A DNA stretch of 64,000 nucleotides from Escherichia phage 172-1. Under the pieces are notes generated by a model. It had not been told where the DNA came from. It saw nothing but the letters and a program-made list of their open reading frames with translations, and did no database searches. Of this stretch, positions 30,822-40,860 are shown one piece after another (position 1 is the stretch's first letter; each line of letters starts with the position of its first letter). Where the stretch lies: the sequence record NC_028903.1; one strand, 5' to 3'. A program made the position numbers and the translations under genes.

Positions 30822-31568
30822 TTAGAATGGGCTATCGTTGTCGTCTTCATAAGTAGAAGCAGGTTCTTTATCAATCGTAGGGATTGAAGGAGTAGCTTCT
30901 TTCTGTTCTGTTTCAGAAGCACGAGTAATTTCACGACCAGCCAGAGGCATGTTCTTAGCGTCATTAGCTTGAGTAAGCAGGTTGCGCTGGAACGGGAACA
31001 TCAGTTGATAGGATGCTACGTTCTCATCGGTTTCTGCATACGGTTCGAAGAATACCAGAGGACTGCGAGCTTCACCAACTGCTGCACGATATTTGGTTGG
31101 GATTGGAGAAATGGTTTTGATGGAGTTTTTAACTTCACCAGCTTTATTAGTGTAAGAGTTAACCAGAATGTTAACAGGCTGACCTAACAGCACATCCTTA
31201 AACCAAGACAGATCACCTTTCAGTGCTTGAATGCTTGGGTCAATCATCTTGCAGAGATCAAGGATACCAGAGTTCTTAGCTCGTGGGTTTACATCATAGC
31301 TCTTGAACTGGCAAGCAGGACGTGGTTCTAATGCCTTACCATCGGAATCTTTACCAGTAGCATCAACACCAATCAGCTCGAAAGCCAAATCCATACGGAA
31401 AGCTGGATTCTTAGGAGTTACTGCTTTGGTCTTCGGGTCAATCCAAGGGTCACGATTGTGAACACCCAAACCTACTACACGAACAATACGTGCTTCGTAC
31501 TCACCATCAGGGATGACGTCGTAGTTGGATTTACGGGAAGAAGTTGCGATAGTTGGAATCATAGACAT
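30822..31568 (-). CDS. single-stranded DNA-binding protein
   Basis: 248 aa ending in acidic tail EDDNDSPF (compare SSB C-terminal DDDIPF). Confidence 0.55.
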   Translation of the reverse strand: MSMIPTIATSSRKSNYDVIPDGEYEARIVRVVGLGVHNRDPWIDPKTKAVTPKNPAFRMDLAFELIGVDATGKDSDGKALEPRPACQFKSYDVNPRAKNSGILDLCKMIDPSIQALKGDLSWFKDVLLGQPVNILVNSYTNKAGEVKNSIKTISPIPTKYRAAVGEARSPLVFFEPYAETDENVASYQLMFPFQRNLLTQANDAKNMPLAGREITRASETEQKEATPSIPTIDKEPASTYEDDNDSPF

Positions 31569-31984
31569 ATTTTAATTTCCTTATTTAATTTGAAAGATTG
31601 TTGCTCTCTTTGAGCGGTTATGTATAGTATACATTACGCTTATACCGATAAGAGTACTATATAATATAAGTATCTTTGGTAGTAGATATAACACACTAGT
31701 AATGTATATATTGTATAGCTGATAAAGTTATTGCAGGCTTGTATATTGGGCAATTCACAGAATCCCTTGCAAGTACCGAAGGGCAGGAGCCACCTGCGAG
31801 ATAAAAATAGAGAATTAAGGAATCCTTGATTTAGGTTGTAGGGACTCCTAGGGACTTTGATTCTCTATTTAAAAGAATATTAATTACTTACTACCTAAAT
31901 AATTAACTAACTTACTTAAACCAAATTCAAGAATGATAGATAAAAAGATTATTCCTAAGAAAGCTAAGAAGTAAAGTATATAAG
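31569..31984. promoter_or_regulatory. AT-rich noncoding regulatory region (promoters, possible origin)
   Basis: about 416 bp without ORFs; TAATGTATA in both orientations (31628-31636 reverse, 31700-31708 forward); 11-bp inverted repeat AAATAGAGAAT/ATTCTCTATTT (31805-31815 / 31860-31870); direct repeat TAGGGACT x2 (31839-31856). Confidence 0.4.
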
Positions 31985-32114
31985 TTACCATTCAAGTAAA
32001 CCTTTAAAGTTAGATTGTTCTACTATCCTCTGATAACGAAGATTAGAATCAGCTTGTTTCTTTAACATCTCATTATATTTATCTCTGATAGAGTCTTTAT
32101 AAACTACAGGTTCT

Positions 32115-32615
32115 TTAAATAACGAGATCTTCTTTTCTTCTTTCATCGAAAACCTTCCTAATCTCTTGCAGAGAAACAGCTTTATAATCAATTTGCTCCA
32201 TTGATGTACAGAAATATCTCCAATCATCAATTACATGGTTATGTGTATGAGCATAAATATTAAACTTCCCTCTCATTTCATCAGAGTGAATAGGGATATG
32301 AGTTACCCAAAACTCTTTATATTTAAAATCACCAGAGATTCTACGAAAGACTTTCATCATATCAGGGAGAAGTTCTAACCTATCATGATTCCCTAAGACC
32401 AGATGCTTCTCTCCTTTTACTTCAGCGATAATATCAAGGGCATACTTTTCAAATACCCAATCACCAGTAAAAAAGATTTTATCACGTTTGGTTACGTGGT
32501 CAAAAGCAGCTAGAATTGCTTTGTCATGTTCTTCGATGTTTTTAAATTGCTTACGAAAACTACAGATGTTTCGATGACCTAAGTGACCATCTCCTGCAAA
32601 ATAAACTTCAGCCAT
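32115..32615 (-). CDS. metallophosphoesterase (calcineurin-like phosphatase)
   Basis: GDGHLGH ... GNHD ... THIP ... HTHNH metal-binding motifs. Confidence 0.65.
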   Translation of the reverse strand: MAEVYFAGDGHLGHRNICSFRKQFKNIEEHDKAILAAFDHVTKRDKIFFTGDWVFEKYALDIIAEVKGEKHLVLGNHDRLELLPDMMKVFRRISGDFKYKEFWVTHIPIHSDEMRGKFNIYAHTHNHVIDDWRYFCTSMEQIDYKAVSLQEIRKVFDERRKEDLVI

Positions 32616-32624
32616 AAAGACCTC

Positions 32625-33107
32625 TTAGATAGTTAATTTGTGATCTTCCTCCGCTCTGTTTCTAACAGAGACGGCTTCCTCTAGGGTTGAGAAAGTTCCT
32701 AGGTATTTAGTTTTACCCTTAATGTGGATATTGGCTATGTACTTCCCTCTTGAATTGAGGTATACACCCTTAGCCCCTGATGTGTTGTTAGAGTTCAAAC
32801 CCTTGTTCCAAGAATTATTCTCGTTGTTAACTTCTCTAAGGTTGCCTATGGAATCATTGGAAGGGTTTCGATCAATGTGATCTATTTGATCTTTAGGTAA
32901 AACGCCATTAGCAAAATACCAAATGATGTGGTATCTGTAAATGGATCTTCCTTTCACTCGGATAAGTACTCTTCCATCCTTTTTTGAAGTTCCTGCCTCA
33001 TCGCCCCGCCTGCATTTTGTTCCGTTGTGAATTCTCCAGAACACTTTTCCAGATGATAAATCACAAACAAAGAACTCATCCAGAAGATCTTCTATCATAT
33101 CATGCAA
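32625..33107 (-). mobile_element. HNH-AP2 homing endonuclease
   Basis: IDHIDRNPSNDSIGNLREV (HNH) plus AP2-like DNA-binding segment GKYIANIHIKGKTKYLGTFSTLEEA. Confidence 0.6.
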
Positions 33108-33295
33108 CCATCACATACGAAATCCCCGCTCAGAGATTCTTGTAACAAACGACTTTGTTCATCGGAGACTAATTGATTAACAACTTTCTGTAACTCCAGC
33201 AGTTGATCAAAATCTATATATCCCCCTTCTTCAAGGACATTGGTTTCAATTCCCCATAAAGGTGATGGCATGTTTCCACTTGCTTTAAAAATCAT
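33095..33295 (-). CDS. hypothetical small protein
   Basis: 66-aa ORF with RBS taaggag. Confidence 0.3.
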   Translation of the reverse strand: MIFKASGNMPSPLWGIETNVLEEGGYIDFDQLLELQKVVNQLVSDEQSRLLQESLSGDFVCDGCMI

Positions 33296-33304
33296 TATAT
33301 CTCC

Positions 33305-33448
33305 TTAGCTCCAAGATTTAGCTTTTACTTCAACGTAGGTTTTAACCTCACCTTTCAGTACTTCCTGAGAAGCATTTGCACTTTCTTCAGAGGTGTGCAC
33401 AACGGTGATCTCTTTCTTTCCAATCTTATAAGTGTGAACCCAAATCAT
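33305..33448 (-). CDS. small ORF (47 aa), hypothetical
   Basis: ATGA overlap with the upstream small ORF; not in ORF track. Confidence 0.25.
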   Translation of the reverse strand: MIWVHTYKIGKKEITVVHTSEESANASQEVLKGEVKTYVEVKAKSWS

Positions 33449-33612
33449 TCCTCTTCCTCGTATTCCCAATTTCTTTCATAATATCCAGAGTTGTAGTTTA
33501 GGGCGCATTTCTCAGCCTCTTCTATGTCATCGGTATTTAGGATATTAACCCATCCACCAACTTCATCAAAACCTTCATCTACTTCATTAAACCATACACT
33601 GTACTTTTTCAT
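33445..33612 (-). CDS. small ORF (55 aa), acidic C-terminus
   Basis: ATG overlaps the stop of 33609..34001 (ATGA coupling); reads MKKYSVWFNEVDEGF...; not in ORF track. Confidence 0.3.
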   Translation of the reverse strand: MKKYSVWFNEVDEGFDEVGGWVNILNTDDIEEAEKCALNYNSGYYERNWEYEEEE

Positions 33613-34001
33613 CGAATCACCAGAGGCTCTTCAGAGTACACAGGAGCGGCTATTTCTACAGGAGGTGCTGCCCTAAGGTCGTTGAGTCTTACGCCCTTCA
33701 GCATCCCATCTAGGTGGTCCTTTTTGGGGATTCCAACAGGGAAGTCGTCAATCCAGATATCTACAAAGAAACCTAGTTGTCGACATACATCATCCTTCTG
33801 GACACCATTGCAAAAGATGATAGGAATTTGCAAACACTCTGCATCAATCTTAATGTCGTGATTATCATATCCATTAGGCTCTGCAAAGCGATAAGTTACA
33901 AAACGTACATCATAACCCTTCGCTTGCATTAATGTCACCACAGAGCGCCACAGCTCCTTATCTGAGGTGTAAGTATCATCATAATCTAAACCAATATTCA
34001 T
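33609..34001 (-). CDS. hypothetical protein
   Basis: 130-aa ORF; N-terminal IGLDYDDTY is weakly HAD-like. Confidence 0.4.
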   Translation of the reverse strand: MNIGLDYDDTYTSDKELWRSVVTLMQAKGYDVRFVTYRFAEPNGYDNHDIKIDAECLQIPIIFCNGVQKDDVCRQLGFFVDIWIDDFPVGIPKKDHLDGMLKGVRLNDLRAAPPVEIAAPVYSEEPLVIR

Positions 34002-34234
34002 TTCTAAATCCTTTAGACAAGAAAAGCCGCCCTAAGGCAGCTTCTTATTTAACTATTCACTTTAGCTTCAAGAGTTTCATTTTCAATACTCAAGTCAATC
34101 ACTACACCAGTAAGCTCAACAACTGCTTGGCGAAGGGCATCTTTACCCATAGAGTGTACTTGAGATAAGAAGAAAGCTTTACCTTCTTCAGTGGACAGGG
34201 TTTCTTTTAATTCAGAAGCAGTCATTGATATTCC

Positions 34235-34429
34235 TTATGTTATGTTATAAATTCGCATGATTGTACCGCCATTGGCTTCAATAGCAGCAACCATTTGGTT
34301 TCGTTCTTCATCCGTGTAAACTAACACACTTCTAAACTCACCCGTTGCATCAGTATAAAGGATGTTGTATTTCGGAGGTGGCTTACGGTAGATACCTTCC
34401 ATCATTCTTTCTCCTCTCGTTCTTTCCAC
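34235..34429 (-). CDS. hypothetical small protein
   Basis: 64-aa ORF in the minus block. Confidence 0.3.
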   Translation of the reverse strand: MERTRGERMMEGIYRKPPPKYNILYTDATGEFRSVLVYTDEERNQMVAAIEANGGTIMRIYNIT

Positions 34430-34585
34430 AGTTCAGCAAGTTCTAAATAAAACTCAGCTTCATCAGGACGTCCTTGTTCATTACAGATGGCGCTCTGACG
34501 ATAACACCAATCCGATGGCATCTCTTCCACTTCAATCTCCTTGTTACGAACCAATCAATAAGAATAGTTCATTCGTCTTATTTAT

Positions 34586-34777
34586 TCACTCTACCAACGC
34601 AGGCACTTCTATCCTTTTAACTGTGAATGTCTTGTTTGGAAACTTTCGAACTAACTCTGCTGCTTTGGTTATTGCTAAGTTCTCTGTCTCAAAGATACAC
34701 AGTTGACCATTTAATGCTACAAGAGTGGAGCCACCACTGAAGATGGCCCAAGATTCATAATAACCTTTAACACTCAT
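34586..34777 (-). CDS. hypothetical small protein
   Basis: 63-aa ORF immediately upstream of the polymerase gene. Confidence 0.3.
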   Translation of the reverse strand: MSVKGYYESWAIFSGGSTLVALNGQLCIFETENLAITKAAELVRKFPNKTFTVKRIEVPALVE

Positions 34778-34785
34778 AATTTACC

Positions 34786-36630
34786 TTAGTGCGTATGCAT
34801 CCAGTTGAGTCCAATCTGACAATCAGATGCCAGAGGACATTCCATGTTCAAATACTCACCAGCCTTCTTAACACAAAGCTCGGTGTGCTCTTTGAGTTTC
34901 TGTACATCATTACGATTAACTGAGAACTGGCCCTCATCATGCATATCAATTACCTTAGCACAACGAACTCCATCCTTCTCAATCCACTTGTTAAGGAACA
35001 TCATAGCATATTTCATAACAACAGCACCAGCACATTGCAGGAGAGTGTTAAGTGCTTTATGAACCATAACCTTACCAGTGGCATCTCGTCTCATTGTAAT
35101 CTTACGACCATCAACACCAATCAAGTACCCTTGAGCTGCTTTCTCTGTCATACGATCAATGAGGATTGCAATACATGGGTTCTCTGCCAAGAAACGTGCT
35201 CGCATCACTGAACCTTCATCAGCCCCACCACCTACAATTGAACCAAGCTTAGCATCACCAGCACCATAGTTGAATGCGTAGATAAACGTCTTAGCGTTGT
35301 CACGAGTAGGAAGACCAGCAAGTCTCTGGTTGTGGGAGTGGATATCACCTTCAAGGAGAATATCACGATACATAATAGCAGAAGCTAAACCACGTTCTGC
35401 CAGAGCTTTCTTAGCTGGATTATTCTCTTCTATTGCTTCAGCAAGCATATCCCTACACTCTTTAATGAGGTAGTGTGCGAGCATACGCAATTCTAATCCA
35501 GAACCATCATACCCTAAGAATACTTCTTTACCAGCGGGTATGTAATATTTGTAAGCACCTACAGGTTTGTCTTTCTTCCCCGGCTTACCTTTCTCATAAA
35601 TTACGTTAGTACCTTTTCGTATATAACAACCATCAGGAACAACGTTAGTAATAACGAAAGGACGAGAGTGATCATCATCTGAGTTATAGTCAGACTCAAA
35701 CAAACCGCGACACTCATGACCAAACAAACCACGGGAGGGAATATTAACCACGATACGATGTTTGAATCGAAAAGTCGGAGTAGCGCAGCTGTTAGCTTCT
35801 GCCGAAAGTTTACCATCTTCGCGTTCCTTTGCTATAAGTCCACTGATAAGACCTAGCCTGTGAGCCGCTACAACGCGTCTCTTAAGCAAACTTCCGACAC
35901 TCCCTAGCTCACCCCCTAACCCTTCTTCAAGAGTCTCCTCGAGGTTTGTAGGAGCTGTAGGCCACTTGTTTGAGGTAGCTAGTGCTATCTTAATCTCATC
36001 AAAAGTGATAGGTCTACGTCGGTTAGGATTTAAACCTAAACCAAAAACATAAGCCTTCATGTAGTTCTTAGTTTTAAACCTAAAGTGCTTCTCTAAGAAC
36101 TTTCTGATATCAGCGTCAACCATCTCGGCTGTCTGCTTCTGTTTAGAATTACCTCGCATCCAAGCTGAATACCATGCTTGGTATGTTCCATACTTTCGCA
36201 TATCTTTCTTGATTTCAAAAGTATTCCAAGGTTTCTTTGATACGTTAAACTCTGGAGGAAGAAAACCCTCATCCATAAGGGCTTCTTTAACTCGTGCATC
36301 TTTCGATGGGTCAAAGTCCACGTATTCAACACAGGTGAATGCTCCACCAATGTCCTCTCTCTTAAGTCCAACTCTATCACAATAGGCTTGAGGCCACTTC
36401 TGTAAAGCTCCAGACTTCTTAAATGGCTTCATATAAGTAGAGCCATCTAATCTCATCTTAGGTAAGAGAGGAATTAATTCTTTGTCAATATTAACAATAA
36501 TCTCTTTAAGGAGGTGAACATACCACCGAGCATTTCTTTGGTTGAAACTCACTCCGTGCTTCGCTTGCTTAGAGATTATATCAGCGACAGTCATCTCTGT
36601 CAAAAATGGGAGAGCGTCCGGGTTGCTCAC
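34786..36630 (-). CDS. DNA polymerase, family A polymerase domain
   Basis: motif A GYDGSGLELRMLAHY, motif B RDNAKTFIYAFNYGAGDAKLG, motif C VIDMHDEG; no exonuclease motifs in this ORF. Confidence 0.8.
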   Translation of the reverse strand: MSNPDALPFLTEMTVADIISKQAKHGVSFNQRNARWYVHLLKEIIVNIDKELIPLLPKMRLDGSTYMKPFKKSGALQKWPQAYCDRVGLKREDIGGAFTCVEYVDFDPSKDARVKEALMDEGFLPPEFNVSKKPWNTFEIKKDMRKYGTYQAWYSAWMRGNSKQKQTAEMVDADIRKFLEKHFRFKTKNYMKAYVFGLGLNPNRRRPITFDEIKIALATSNKWPTAPTNLEETLEEGLGGELGSVGSLLKRRVVAAHRLGLISGLIAKEREDGKLSAEANSCATPTFRFKHRIVVNIPSRGLFGHECRGLFESDYNSDDDHSRPFVITNVVPDGCYIRKGTNVIYEKGKPGKKDKPVGAYKYYIPAGKEVFLGYDGSGLELRMLAHYLIKECRDMLAEAIEENNPAKKALAERGLASAIMYRDILLEGDIHSHNQRLAGLPTRDNAKTFIYAFNYGAGDAKLGSIVGGGADEGSVMRARFLAENPCIAILIDRMTEKAAQGYLIGVDGRKITMRRDATGKVMVHKALNTLLQCAGAVVMKYAMMFLNKWIEKDGVRCAKVIDMHDEGQFSVNRNDVQKLKEHTELCVKKAGEYLNMECPLASDCQIGLNWMHTH

Positions 36631-36646
36631 TTTATACTCCTTTAAA

Positions 36647-37069
36647 TTATTGGTAAATCAAATCCGTAAATGCTTGATTGTCTTCTATCACATCTAACAC
36701 GGTAGCTTCATAACTGTAAGCCCTAACCGCCCCGTTAACAACTATCCGAGGAGTAGGTGGAGGTGGTGCATGGTTAGCCCTAGCTTCACGAGGTTGCTCT
36801 CGTACTAAATGAGCCACAACCCTTTGGTTAGCGACTTCTTCTCTTTCTCGAATAGCTCTCTGAATGTAAGCTAACTTCATACCCCAAACTTCTTCAAACT
36901 CTTGAGGGTGTTTATCGCTGATAACTACATACTGACGTTCAGGAATACCAGAGCGAATCTCTGACAAAAGCTCATGGAACAAATCAAGTTCATGTTCAGT
37001 GAGATTCATTTCGATATCATCCCACTTGAGAACTAGGAATCTGTTTTGGTGTCTAGCTGGTAATGGCAT
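36647..37069 (-). CDS. hypothetical protein
   Basis: 140-aa ORF upstream of the polymerase gene. Confidence 0.4.
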   Translation of the reverse strand: MPLPARHQNRFLVLKWDDIEMNLTEHELDLFHELLSEIRSGIPERQYVVISDKHPQEFEEVWGMKLAYIQRAIREREEVANQRVVAHLVREQPREARANHAPPPPTPRIVVNGAVRAYSYEATVLDVIEDNQAFTDLIYQ

Positions 37070-37232
37070 TCTACTCCACCTCTACTCTAACGTAAGTTCT
37101 CTCGCCAACATCATCTTTCCAGACCCATGCCTTGGCATCTTCTTCAGACTTAAAAGCTTTCACAACGCTGTATCCACCTTCCCATTCATCACCGAACCAG
37201 CGCTGTCCTACGTAAACATATTCTTTCATTAT

Positions 37233-37508
37233 TTAACCTTTTGGGAATGGCATTAAAGATTCCATAGCAGATTTAATTTCGCTATTGATTCGAGCATCTC
37301 GATAAGAGATAAACTTACCTTTGCTATCTCGTAACATCACATGGGTTCTAGCTGTTACGTGGGGAAGTAATGTAATACTAGTTGGGATAGTGTCAATCCC
37401 TACAGAAAATTTGTCAATAGTCTTGCTTTCACTTAACAGATAAGACCAAGTTTGCTTCGGATGGTTAGGGTATGTGTCTCGAATTTGAACCATAGCTAAC
37501 TTATTCAT
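37233..37508 (-). CDS. small protein, paralog pair member
   Basis: shares ..TART.V.LR...GKFISY.......LxPFPKG with 37510..37761. Confidence 0.45.
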   Translation of the reverse strand: MNKLAMVQIRDTYPNHPKQTWSYLLSESKTIDKFSVGIDTIPTSITLLPHVTARTHVMLRDSKGKFISYRDARINSEIKSAMESLMPFPKG

Positions 37509-37509
37509 A

Positions 37510-37761
37510 TTAAACTCCTTTAGGGAATGGGATGAGGTTTTCTACTGCAACACGGAACTCTTTCTCTACGTTTTTATTCTTATAAGAAATGAATTTACCA
37601 TCAGCCCCACGGAGGATTACGTTAGTACGAGCTGTTTTTGGGTTATGACCAATCTGGTTTGCAATAATATTAGCAATGCCGTGGTTATTGGTAAATTTCC
37701 ATTTAACCATACGATTGTTAGACATTACATCAATGATATTTACAGATTTTACAATAGACAT
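37510..37761 (-). CDS. small protein, paralog pair member
   Basis: paralog of 37233..37508. Confidence 0.45.
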   Translation of the reverse strand: MSIVKSVNIIDVMSNNRMVKWKFTNNHGIANIIANQIGHNPKTARTNVILRGADGKFISYKNKNVEKEFRVAVENLIPFPKGV

Positions 37762-37795
37762 ATTTATTACCTAAGAAGTTTAATTTGGTTTATAT

Positions 37796-37824
37796 AAAAG
37801 AAAAGGCCACCCATTTGGGTAGCC
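37796..37824 (-). terminator. rho-independent terminator (minus strand)
   Basis: ggctaccc-aaau-gggtggcc + UUUUCUUUU on the minus strand. Confidence 0.5.
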
Positions 37825-37829
37825 TCATA

Positions 37830-38153
37830 TTACGATGAGCTTAAAGCTCCTTTTCGCTTAGCAGCACCAGCTGCTTTTCCAGCTCGATTACCACTTTTGC
37901 CGCCGTTTGAACGGTTTGAGCTGACTGATTCAACACGTAAGTTGCTTGACGCATTAGAGCCTCCAGACTTGACAGCTCGTTTGTGTCCAACATCTTTACC
38001 TCTGACAGCAGCTTTTCCATCGCGCTTTTCAACGATGCGACGTGCACGGTGGCGCTGAGCATCTCCGCTCTTGCTCCCAACGCCTGTCTCACCACGGGCA
38101 ATTGCGGTACGTCTTTCTTGTGCATAATCTCTCTTTCCTACATGATCTGCCAT
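37830..38153 (-). CDS. basic low-complexity protein
   Basis: strong RBS aaggag; T-rich third codon positions like other genes here; Lys/Arg/Gly/Ser-rich. Confidence 0.4.
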   Translation of the reverse strand: MADHVGKRDYAQERRTAIARGETGVGSKSGDAQRHRARRIVEKRDGKAAVRGKDVGHKRAVKSGGSNASSNLRVESVSSNRSNGGKSGNRAGKAAGAAKRKGALSSS

Positions 38154-38209
38154 TTAAAACTCCTTAATATATCAGTGTACACTAAGGAGTATACATTATA
38201 AGTTGCTGT

Positions 38210-38947
38210 TTAAGCTTTCTTTTCCATTGCTTTAACAATAGCTTTACAGAAACCAGAACGAACAATGTCATCTGATTCGCCGTCTACAATCTCAGCGAAC
38301 TCATACAGATCATGTTCATCAATAAAGTTAGTAGCCCAAGTAAGACCACTCTCACGACCACGCATATCATGCTGGTTAGTGTCACCCATGCAGAACAATT
38401 GAGAGGTTTCTCCCAATCGAGTCATGATTGAGAAGGCTTCATCTTTAGTGGTGTTCTGGAACTCATCTACGATAACAATAGCATCGTTGAAAGAACGACC
38501 ACGGAGATACTCCAGAGGTACGAACTCAATATTACTGTTACCGAGCTGGCATTCATAGAACCCTTTACCATATCGCTGAGTAATAACATCAATGATAGGC
38601 ATCAAATATGGTTCAAACTTCTCACGCATCCCTCCCGGAAGCAACCCAAGAGAATTACCCATGCCGACCGAAGGGCGACTCAGGATAATCTTCTGAATCT
38701 TACCACTCTTCAGTGCATCGATAACCGTGGAAGTGATTACAAAGGTCTTACCACAGCCCGCAGGAGCGTCTGTGAACACAACTTGTTTAGTCTTGATAGC
38801 ATTGAGCAGTTCAGACTGGAACTGGTTCTGAGGGACTACAGGCTTTGCTAAAACCACCTCTTCAAACTCGCGCTTACCCTTACGAGTGACAAGTACTTCC
38901 CGACGAAGGTCTTTCCGTGATTCTTTCCGTGATTGACGACGACTCAT
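38210..38947 (-). CDS. phoH: PhoH-like ATPase
   Basis: DAPAGCGKTFV Walker A and conserved PhoH core (ILSRPSVGMG..LGLLPGG, IVIVDEFQNTT). Confidence 0.7.
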   Translation of the reverse strand: MSRRQSRKESRKDLRREVLVTRKGKREFEEVVLAKPVVPQNQFQSELLNAIKTKQVVFTDAPAGCGKTFVITSTVIDALKSGKIQKIILSRPSVGMGNSLGLLPGGMREKFEPYLMPIIDVITQRYGKGFYECQLGNSNIEFVPLEYLRGRSFNDAIVIVDEFQNTTKDEAFSIMTRLGETSQLFCMGDTNQHDMRGRESGLTWATNFIDEHDLYEFAEIVDGESDDIVRSGFCKAIVKAMEKKA

Positions 38948-39156
38948 TTACGCTCTCCAATTTCTTCGTAATGACATTCAGTAGTTAAACAATCTTTACA
39001 GATTGCTGTATAAACCCTGACGTTAGTAAATCGTTTGTTCTTCCCTTTGGTTGGAGAGCCTTTGGCAAGCTCTCTGATAACCTTGTTACTTAAATGAAGG
39101 TTTGTCCCTTCACATCTAGAGCACTTCACCACAATGTCCATTCGGTAAGAGACCAC
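38944..39156 (-). CDS. zinc-ribbon small protein
   Basis: CSRCEG ... CKDCLTTEC Cys pairs. Confidence 0.35.
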   Translation of the reverse strand: MVSYRMDIVVKCSRCEGTNLHLSNKVIRELAKGSPTKGKNKRFTNVRVYTAICKDCLTTECHYEEIGERK

Positions 39157-39326
39157 AGAGAGTCACCTATGTGGGCATTGTCATTCCTGATGAGGTCTTT
39201 GATTTTATCAACATCAGTTAAGTGAGTCACATTCAAAATATCCTCAACATCTGGGGCATATTTAAATATGGCAACAATACTGTTGTGATCTTCAGCATAT
39301 CTTTCTAGAACATAAACTACGCTCAT
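39126..39326 (-). CDS. hypothetical small protein
   Basis: 66-aa ORF. Confidence 0.3.
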   Translation of the reverse strand: MSVVYVLERYAEDHNSIVAIFKYAPDVEDILNVTHLTDVDKIKDLIRNDNAHIGDSLWSLTEWTLW

Positions 39327-39646
39327 GCGAAGTTAACCTCTTTATGAAGTCTGTAAACAGCTGTCGCCATACAAGCAACAGCTTCGTTATGTGGGAGATG
39401 CATCCCTGTAGAACCATCCCAATCTTTGAACTCATTGTCAAAGACTCCGGTAGGCTCTGGATACAAGGCTTGCAACTCAACCAAATCGTTAGCAACTTGT
39501 TGCCATTTATCATCAGACCAGATAGGGTCATCCAACCAGTAATACAAATAGGAATGGATGATCAATTGCCTTCTGTGCCGATTGATTACTTCAGCGGGAC
39601 TTATCTCACTTCCATTTGAAGTCCTAAATGTATTACTGTCAATCAT
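39323..39646 (-). CDS. hypothetical protein
   Basis: 107-aa ORF. Confidence 0.35.
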   Translation of the reverse strand: MIDSNTFRTSNGSEISPAEVINRHRRQLIIHSYLYYWLDDPIWSDDKWQQVANDLVELQALYPEPTGVFDNEFKDWDGSTGMHLPHNEAVACMATAVYRLHKEVNFA

Positions 39647-39891
39647 TTCACAACCTTAAATTTGAATGTTGTTGGGTGATAATAATGCAACCTGTTAATG
39701 GTGTGCTTTGTTTCAAGATATATCCTACAAGAGTGACACATCACATGATTCAGACCAGTTACAGGATTAGGTTTAAAGTTGGCGATAGGCTTCTCTTTCT
39801 TACAGAAGCTACAGACTTTCTTTTCCATCTTTTCTCCAGTGGTCAACGAACTGCTGAAACACTTTACGGTCAAATGTGAAATTACGAGCAA
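39643..39891 (-). CDS. zinc-finger small protein
   Basis: CSFCKK ... CHSCR motif; true start may be the internal Met. Confidence 0.35.
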   Translation of the reverse strand: MLVISHLTVKCFSSSLTTGEKMEKKVCSFCKKEKPIANFKPNPVTGLNHVMCHSCRIYLETKHTINRLHYYHPTTFKFKVVK

Positions 39892-40042
39892 TTCCGCATT
39901 CTCTAAAAGTGGCAGGCATATAATCTACATCACCTTCAGATGTATGACCATAGACTTGAATAAGTTTCTTAATCTTATCCTTCTCTCTTCGAGGAAGCAT
40001 TCTAAATGCCTCCTGAATATCTGTAATATGTTTTATCTTCAT
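39809..40042 (-). CDS. hypothetical small protein
   Basis: 77-aa ORF. Confidence 0.3.
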   Translation of the reverse strand: MKIKHITDIQEAFRMLPRREKDKIKKLIQVYGHTSEGDVDYMPATFRECGIARNFTFDRKVFQQFVDHWRKDGKESL

Positions 40043-40188
40043 CAGAAATTCCTGCTAATCCTCTGAGTTGTGGGAACAGCAATATTCACATACTCCACAA
40101 CAAGGGCAAATTTCTACACTTGGGTCATATGCATCATCAACTGTCATCCCACACTTGGTGCAGAACACATCATCATCTTCTTCCAATA

Positions 40189-40845
40189 TTAATTCTCCAA
40201 AGTTTTCTTCAGAGCTGCCCACGAGATTGGGTAGAGTTTAGCCATCTCTTCATCCAGAGATTGAGCAAACACTCGAACTTCATACTGAGCATGGGAGGAT
40301 AGTCGCTGACGACACAACTCAAACCAGCCATACAAAGAACCAGTCCACACCCACTCAGTGATCATTCCCTGAGGAAGAACAAATCGGGCTTGTTCTGGTG
40401 CAACGAACTCAATCAACTTGTCATATGCTGCTAGAGAAGCTTCATATGCATCGTTAATCAACATTAATGCTTCAGCTCGCTCTCCATTGATGAGTTGAAC
40501 CCCTGAACCTGCATGGAGGTCCGAAGGTCTCGCAAAAATCTCTTTAGGGATGAAGACTTCAACTGCTCCGTCTTTATACCTCCGGGACATTTCGTTCCAC
40601 GAAAACCCAATTTGGTGCTTGCCCAACTGTCTCGCAATTGCGATAGGTGCTTTGCATCGGAAACTGACTTGTGGGTGTCGGAATGGAGTAACATGCTTCT
40701 CTCTTGCGAGGAAGTTGATGAGACGTTCATCACGTTCATTTAAATCACCTTCACGGGTTACGCCAAAGGAAACTCGAGCTGCGTTTACTACGCTACGATC
40801 ACTTCCCATAGCTTCGATTAATGTTGCTTGTAATTGTTCATTCAT
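40189..40845 (-). CDS. thyX: flavin-dependent thymidylate synthase
   Basis: AARVSFG ... HVTPFRHPQVSF ... ARQLGKHQIGFSWNEMSRRY resembles the ThyX signature region (RHR-x7-S..SxRY). Confidence 0.7.
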   Translation of the reverse strand: MNEQLQATLIEAMGSDRSVVNAARVSFGVTREGDLNERDERLINFLAREKHVTPFRHPQVSFRCKAPIAIARQLGKHQIGFSWNEMSRRYKDGAVEVFIPKEIFARPSDLHAGSGVQLINGERAEALMLINDAYEASLAAYDKLIEFVAPEQARFVLPQGMITEWVWTGSLYGWFELCRQRLSSHAQYEVRVFAQSLDEEMAKLYPISWAALKKTLEN

Positions 40846-40860
40846 CCGTGAATTTCCTTA

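Noticed and set aside
37841-38125. 94-aa coiled-coil-looking ORF overlapping 37830..38153 in another frame
   Set aside because: Its third codon positions are G-rich, unlike the T/A-rich usage of neighbouring genes, whereas the overlapping frame has typical usage and a strong aaggag RBS
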